Shown here: positions 57,940-64,000 of the stretch, piece by piece | Position numbering within the stretch: position 1 is the first letter of the stretch | Layout: each line of letters begins with the position of its first letter | Sequence record: PP400777 | Reading direction: 5' to 3' (one strand) | Length of the DNA stretch: 64,000 nucleotides | From: Escherichia phage JM10 | Notes under the pieces: generated by a model | What the model was told of the DNA's origin: nothing | Seen by the model: the letters and a program-made list of their open reading frames with translations, nothing else | Database searches by the model: none | Position numbers and translations under genes: made by a program

Positions 57940-58866
57940 ATGTCAGGTTATAATGCACAAAACCCTAAAGAATTAAAGGATGTAATATTACGTCGTTTAG
58001 GCGCTCCTATTGTAAATGTTGAATTAACTACAGACCAAATTTATGATTGTATTTCACGAGCGTTAGAACTTTATGGCGAATACCATTTTGACGGGTTGAA
58101 TAAAGGTTTCCATGTATTTTTTGTTGATGACGAAGAAAAATACCGTCACGGCGTATTTGATATGCGTGGTTCTAACGTATTTGCTGTAACAAGAATTATA
58201 AGAACAAATGTTGGCTCTATTACTTCAATGGACGGTAATGCAACTTATCCATGGTTCACTGATTTCCTTTTGGGGATGGCAGGTGTTTCAGGTGGTATGG
58301 GTAGTAATTGTGGTAAATTCTACGGCCCAAACGCTTTTGGCGCTGACCTCGGGTATTATTCTCAATTAGTATCTTATATGGGTATGCTTCAAGATATGAT
58401 TGCTCCTATTCCGGATTTTTGGTTTAACTCTGCAAACGAGCAATTAAAAGTAATGGGTAACTTTAGACAGAAAGATGTCATTATCGTTGAATCGTATGTT
58501 CGCTCTTATATCGAGACCCATAAGATGGTAGGAAATACAGTAGGGTACGGTCAGGTAGGTCCTCGTGATTCATGGTCTATTTCTGAACGTTATGATAATC
58601 CAGACAATAATTTGGTCGGACGTCGAGTTGGTGAAGATCCTGCAACTAAACAAGGCGCATATAACAACCGCTGGGTTAAAGATTATGCAACTGCATTAGC
58701 TAAAGAGCTTAATGGACAAATTCTTGCTAAACATCAAGGTATGATGTTACCAGGTGGCGTCACTGTTGATGGTGTTCGATTAATTGAAGAAGCTCGTTTA
58801 GAGAAAGAAGCTTTACGAGAAGAGTTATATTTACTGGACCCTCCTGCAGGTATTTTGGTAGGTTAA
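57940..58866 (+). CDS. 13: neck protein gp13
   Basis: 308 aa (T4 gp13 is about 309 aa); synteny wac-13. Confidence 0.85.
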   Translation: MSGYNAQNPKELKDVILRRLGAPIVNVELTTDQIYDCISRALELYGEYHFDGLNKGFHVFFVDDEEKYRHGVFDMRGSNVFAVTRIIRTNVGSITSMDGNATYPWFTDFLLGMAGVSGGMGSNCGKFYGPNAFGADLGYYSQLVSYMGMLQDMIAPIPDFWFNSANEQLKVMGNFRQKDVIIVESYVRSYIETHKMVGNTVGYGQVGPRDSWSISERYDNPDNNLVGRRVGEDPATKQGAYNNRWVKDYATALAKELNGQILAKHQGMMLPGGVTVDGVRLIEEARLEKEALREELYLLDPPAGILVG

Positions 58867-58867
58867 T

Positions 58868-59503
58868 ATGGCAACATACTACAGATTGTATATTACAACA
58901 TTTGAAACATCCACCGGTATAAAGATTTATGGTGGTAAACACAAATCAGTTTACGAAGACCCTTCAAAAGACCCTTATACTGGGTCTGGTACCTTTATAC
59001 GAAGAGCCAAAAGAAAATACGGTCCGTCTTGTATAAAAGAAATTATATGGTCTAAGCCATTTGAATCTAAAGCTCTAATGGATGAAGCTGAAGAGTTACT
59101 GGTAGATGAATTATCCATTTTAGAAAATTGCGCAAATCTTGTTAAAGGGGGTGCAGGCGGAAGGTCGTATATTAACCCAGAAGATAATCCATCTATAGGA
59201 CAAAAACGTTCAGTCCAATCTAAAAAGAAAATGTCTGACGCCGCGAAATCAAGAAAATGGACTGAAGAAGGGTTAAGAAAACGTAAAGAATCTACAGCAA
59301 GAATGTGGAAAGATTTCAAACATAGACATCCTGATTTTTCTGGTTCAAAAAATCCAGCAGCTCGAAAAGTTAGTGTAAATGGTAAAATATTTAACACCTG
59401 CAAAGAATGTGGTGAAGAATTTAATATCACATCAAGCGCGGTTATAGGCCGATGCAAAAACAACAAACCTAAATGGGCAGGATGGAATTATGTCGACGTA
59501 TAA
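58868..59503 (+). CDS. free-standing GIY-YIG-type homing endonuclease-like protein (Seg-like)
   Basis: 211 aa; GIY-YIG-like [24 protein letters not shown]3-like basic repeats, Cys pair and I-TevI-like C-terminal module; 3' end overlaps the gene 14 start by 14 nt. Confidence 0.65.
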   Translation: MATYYRLYITTFETSTGIKIYGGKHKSVYEDPSKDPYTGSGTFIRRAKRKYGPSCIKEIIWSKPFESKALMDEAEELLVDELSILENCANLVKGGAGGRSYINPEDNPSIGQKRSVQSKKKMSDAAKSRKWTEEGLRKRKESTARMWKDFKHRHPDFSGSKNPAARKVSVNGKIFNTCKECGEEFNITSSAVIGRCKNNKPKWAGWNYVDV

Positions 59504-60254
59504 TTCAAATTTATTTGCAAAGTTAGAAAATCGAGAAGGCTATTCTAAAACTAATGAAACCGAGATTTTAAACAAATACGTGAACTTCAACAAATACGAA
59601 AATAGTCAAACCCTAGCTGATGTTCTAGTGGCAGAAAGCATACAGATGCGCGGTATTGAATGTTTTTATGTTCCGCGTGAATATGTTGCCGTGGACCTTA
59701 TCTTTGGTGAGGACCTTAAAAATAAATTTACTAAAGCATGGAAATTTGCTGCATATCTGAACTCTTTTGAAGGTTATGAAGGAGCGAAATCGTTCTTCAG
59801 CAACTTCGGAATGCAAGTTCAAGACGAAGTTACATTATCTATTAACCCGGGTCTTTTCAAACACCAGGTCAACAATCAGGAGCCCAAGGAAGGTGATTTA
59901 ATATACTTCCCAATGGACAACAGTTTGTTTGAGATTAACTGGGTTGAACCATATGACCCATTCTATCAAGTAGGTAAAAATGCGATTCGTAAAATTACTG
60001 CAGGCAAGTTTATTTACTCTGGCGAAGAAATCAATCCGGTGCTTCAGAAAAATGAAGGTATCAATATACCTGAATTTAGTGACTTGGAACTTAACCATGT
60101 TAGAAATCTTGACGGTATCCATGACATTAATATCGATGAATATTCTGAAGTTGAGCAAATCAATTCAGAGGCAAGTGAATACGTTGAGCCGTATGTAGTA
60201 GTTAACAACCGTGGTAGACAAAATTCACCGTTTGACGACGGGTTTATGAATTAA
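59490..60254 (+). CDS. 14: neck protein gp14
   Basis: 254 aa (T4 gp14 is about 256 aa). Confidence 0.85.
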   Translation: MSTYNSNLFAKLENREGYSKTNETEILNKYVNFNKYENSQTLADVLVAESIQMRGIECFYVPREYVAVDLIFGEDLKNKFTKAWKFAAYLNSFEGYEGAKSFFSNFGMQVQDEVTLSINPGLFKHQVNNQEPKEGDLIYFPMDNSLFEINWVEPYDPFYQVGKNAIRKITAGKFIYSGEEINPVLQKNEGINIPEFSDLELNHVRNLDGIHDINIDEYSEVEQINSEASEYVEPYVVVNNRGRQNSPFDDGFMN

Positions 60255-60303
60255 TAAATAGATAAGATAAAGCAAACACCGGTCGAAAGGCCGGTTAGGA
60301 GAA

Positions 60304-61128
60304 ATGATGTTTGGTTATTTTTACAACTCGTCGTTCAGGCGATATATCACAATGATGGGCGATTTGTTTTCAAATATCCAAGTTAACCGTCAATTGTCTA
60401 CAGGCAATAAATTAATTAGAGTTCCTATTACGTATGCATCTAAAGAGCACTTTATGATGAAACTTAATAAATGGACCTCTATAAACTCACAAGAAGATGT
60501 GGCTAAAGTCGAAACTATTCTACCACGTATAAATCTCCAAATGGTGGATTTCGTTTATAACCCAACGTTTAAAACGAATATATTGAATAACTCTCTTTTG
60601 AGTAAATCGACTAAGGATATTGTAGACCAATACAACCCATCACCAATTAAAATGATTTTTGAACTGAGCATCTTTACTCGTTATGAAGATGATATGTTCC
60701 AAATCGTTGAGCAAATTATTCCATATTTTCAGCCGCATTTTAATACGACTATGATTGAGCAATATGGGCAGGATATTCCATTTGAAAGGGATATTAAAGT
60801 CGTATGGATGGCAGCAGCAATGGATGAACAAATAGACGGTGATAATTTATCTCGTCGACGTTTAGAGTGGTCATTAACATTTGAAGTAAATGGATGGATG
60901 TATCCTCCGGTAGGCGCAGCTGAAGGCCTTATTAAAACGACTTATCTTGATTTTCATGCTAATGAACGAGACCTTCAAACAGCCGCCAGTGTTTTTGAAT
61001 CAGTTGATACAGAAATTAAACCGAGAGACGTTGAAGCACAAGATTGGAATGGCGAAGTTGAACAAACTTATACTCATGATATTCCAATCCCGACTCCACC
61101 AACCCCTCCTGGTCCTAGAAAACAATAA
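60304..61128 (+). CDS. 15: tail sheath stabilizer and completion protein gp15
   Basis: 274 aa; AGGAGA RBS. Confidence 0.85.
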   Translation: MMFGYFYNSSFRRYITMMGDLFSNIQVNRQLSTGNKLIRVPITYASKEHFMMKLNKWTSINSQEDVAKVETILPRINLQMVDFVYNPTFKTNILNNSLLSKSTKDIVDQYNPSPIKMIFELSIFTRYEDDMFQIVEQIIPYFQPHFNTTMIEQYGQDIPFERDIKVVWMAAAMDEQIDGDNLSRRRLEWSLTFEVNGWMYPPVGAAEGLIKTTYLDFHANERDLQTAASVFESVDTEIKPRDVEAQDWNGEVEQTYTHDIPIPTPPTPPGPRKQ

Positions 61129-63454
<2,326 letters not shown>

Positions 63455-63481
63455 AAATAAAGCAAATTAAGAGGAATTAAA

Positions 63482-64000
63482 ATGTCACTTCTCTCTCCGG
63501 GCGTTGAGCTCAAAGAAACTACCGTACAGAGTACTGTAGTTAATAACTCCACTGGTACTGCTGCCCTGGCTGGAAAATTCCAATGGGGACCTGCATTCCA
63601 GATTAAACAAATCACTGATGAAGTTGCATTGGTTGATATGTTTGGTACTCCTAATACGGATACAGCAGATTATTTCATGTCTGCTATGAACTTCCTTCAA
63701 TATGGTAATGACCTTCGTGTTGTACGCGCAGTTGATCGTGATACTGCTAAGAACTCATCTCCTGTAGCAGGCAATATTGAATTCACAATCTCTGCTGCTG
63801 GTAGTAACTATGCGGTTGGTGATAAAATTATCGTTAAGTATTTGACCGAAACTGTTGAAGCAGATGGTTATGTCACTTCAGTTGATGTCGATGGTAAAAT
63901 TCGTAACATTTATATCCCAACCGGTAAAATTATTGCTCGTGCAAAAGAAATTAATGAATATCCGGCATTGGGTTCTAACTGGACCGCCGAAGTTGCCAGT
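63482..64000 (+). CDS. 18: tail sheath protein gp18 (5' partial; runs off the window)
   Basis: AAGAGGAA RBS then MSLLSPGVELKETTVQSTVVNNSTGTAALAGKFQWGPAFQIK…; no stop before the window end. Confidence 0.85.
   Translation, partial: MSLLSPGVELKETTVQSTVVNNSTGTAALAGKFQWGPAFQIKQITDEVALVDMFGTPNTDTADYFMSAMNFLQYGNDLRVVRAVDRDTAKNSSPVAGNIEFTISAAGSNYAVGDKIIVKYLTETVEADGYVTSVDVDGKIRNIYIPTGKIIARAKEINEYPALGSNWTAEVAS

Noticed and set aside
60250-60293. AATAAATAG element and ACCGGTCGAAAGGCCGGT hairpin upstream of gene 15 as late promoter and terminator
   Set aside because: The -10 is one mismatch off TATAAATA and the hairpin has no U tract; it may be a regulatory hairpin, but the evidence is insufficient for a feature call.

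Overview
This window is a T4-like (Tevenvirinae-type) myovirus genome segment with no CRISPR array, rRNA, integrase or transposase. The minus strand (208-42211) carries the early/middle block in T4 gene order: 45, rpbA, 46, 47, 55, nrdH, nrdG, an intron-split nrdD with an I-TevII-like GIY-YIG homing endonuclease, 49, nrdC, rI, tk, regB, a glycyl-radical cofactor gene, internal proteins, lysozyme e, nudE, a hyperplastic region of small ORFs, two tRNAs, ipI-type genes, 57B/57A, 1, 3, 2 and 4. The plus strand (42273-64000) carries late structural genes: 53, 5, 5.1, 5.4, 6-12, wac, 13, an inserted GIY-YIG endonuclease-like ORF, 14-17 and the start of 18. I found no single clearly novel multi-gene system; the most unusual signals are in the hyperplastic region between nudE and the tRNAs. 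These are more than 20 repeated promoter/stem-loop cassettes, a conserved gene-junction cassette shared by non-homologous ORFs, a tandem paralog family with a conserved C-terminal tail, and a homing-endonuclease-like insertion between genes 13 and 14. Product names rest on my recollection of T4 proteins and on motifs read from the supplied translations; no database search was run, and all promoter, terminator and small-ORF calls are predictions.
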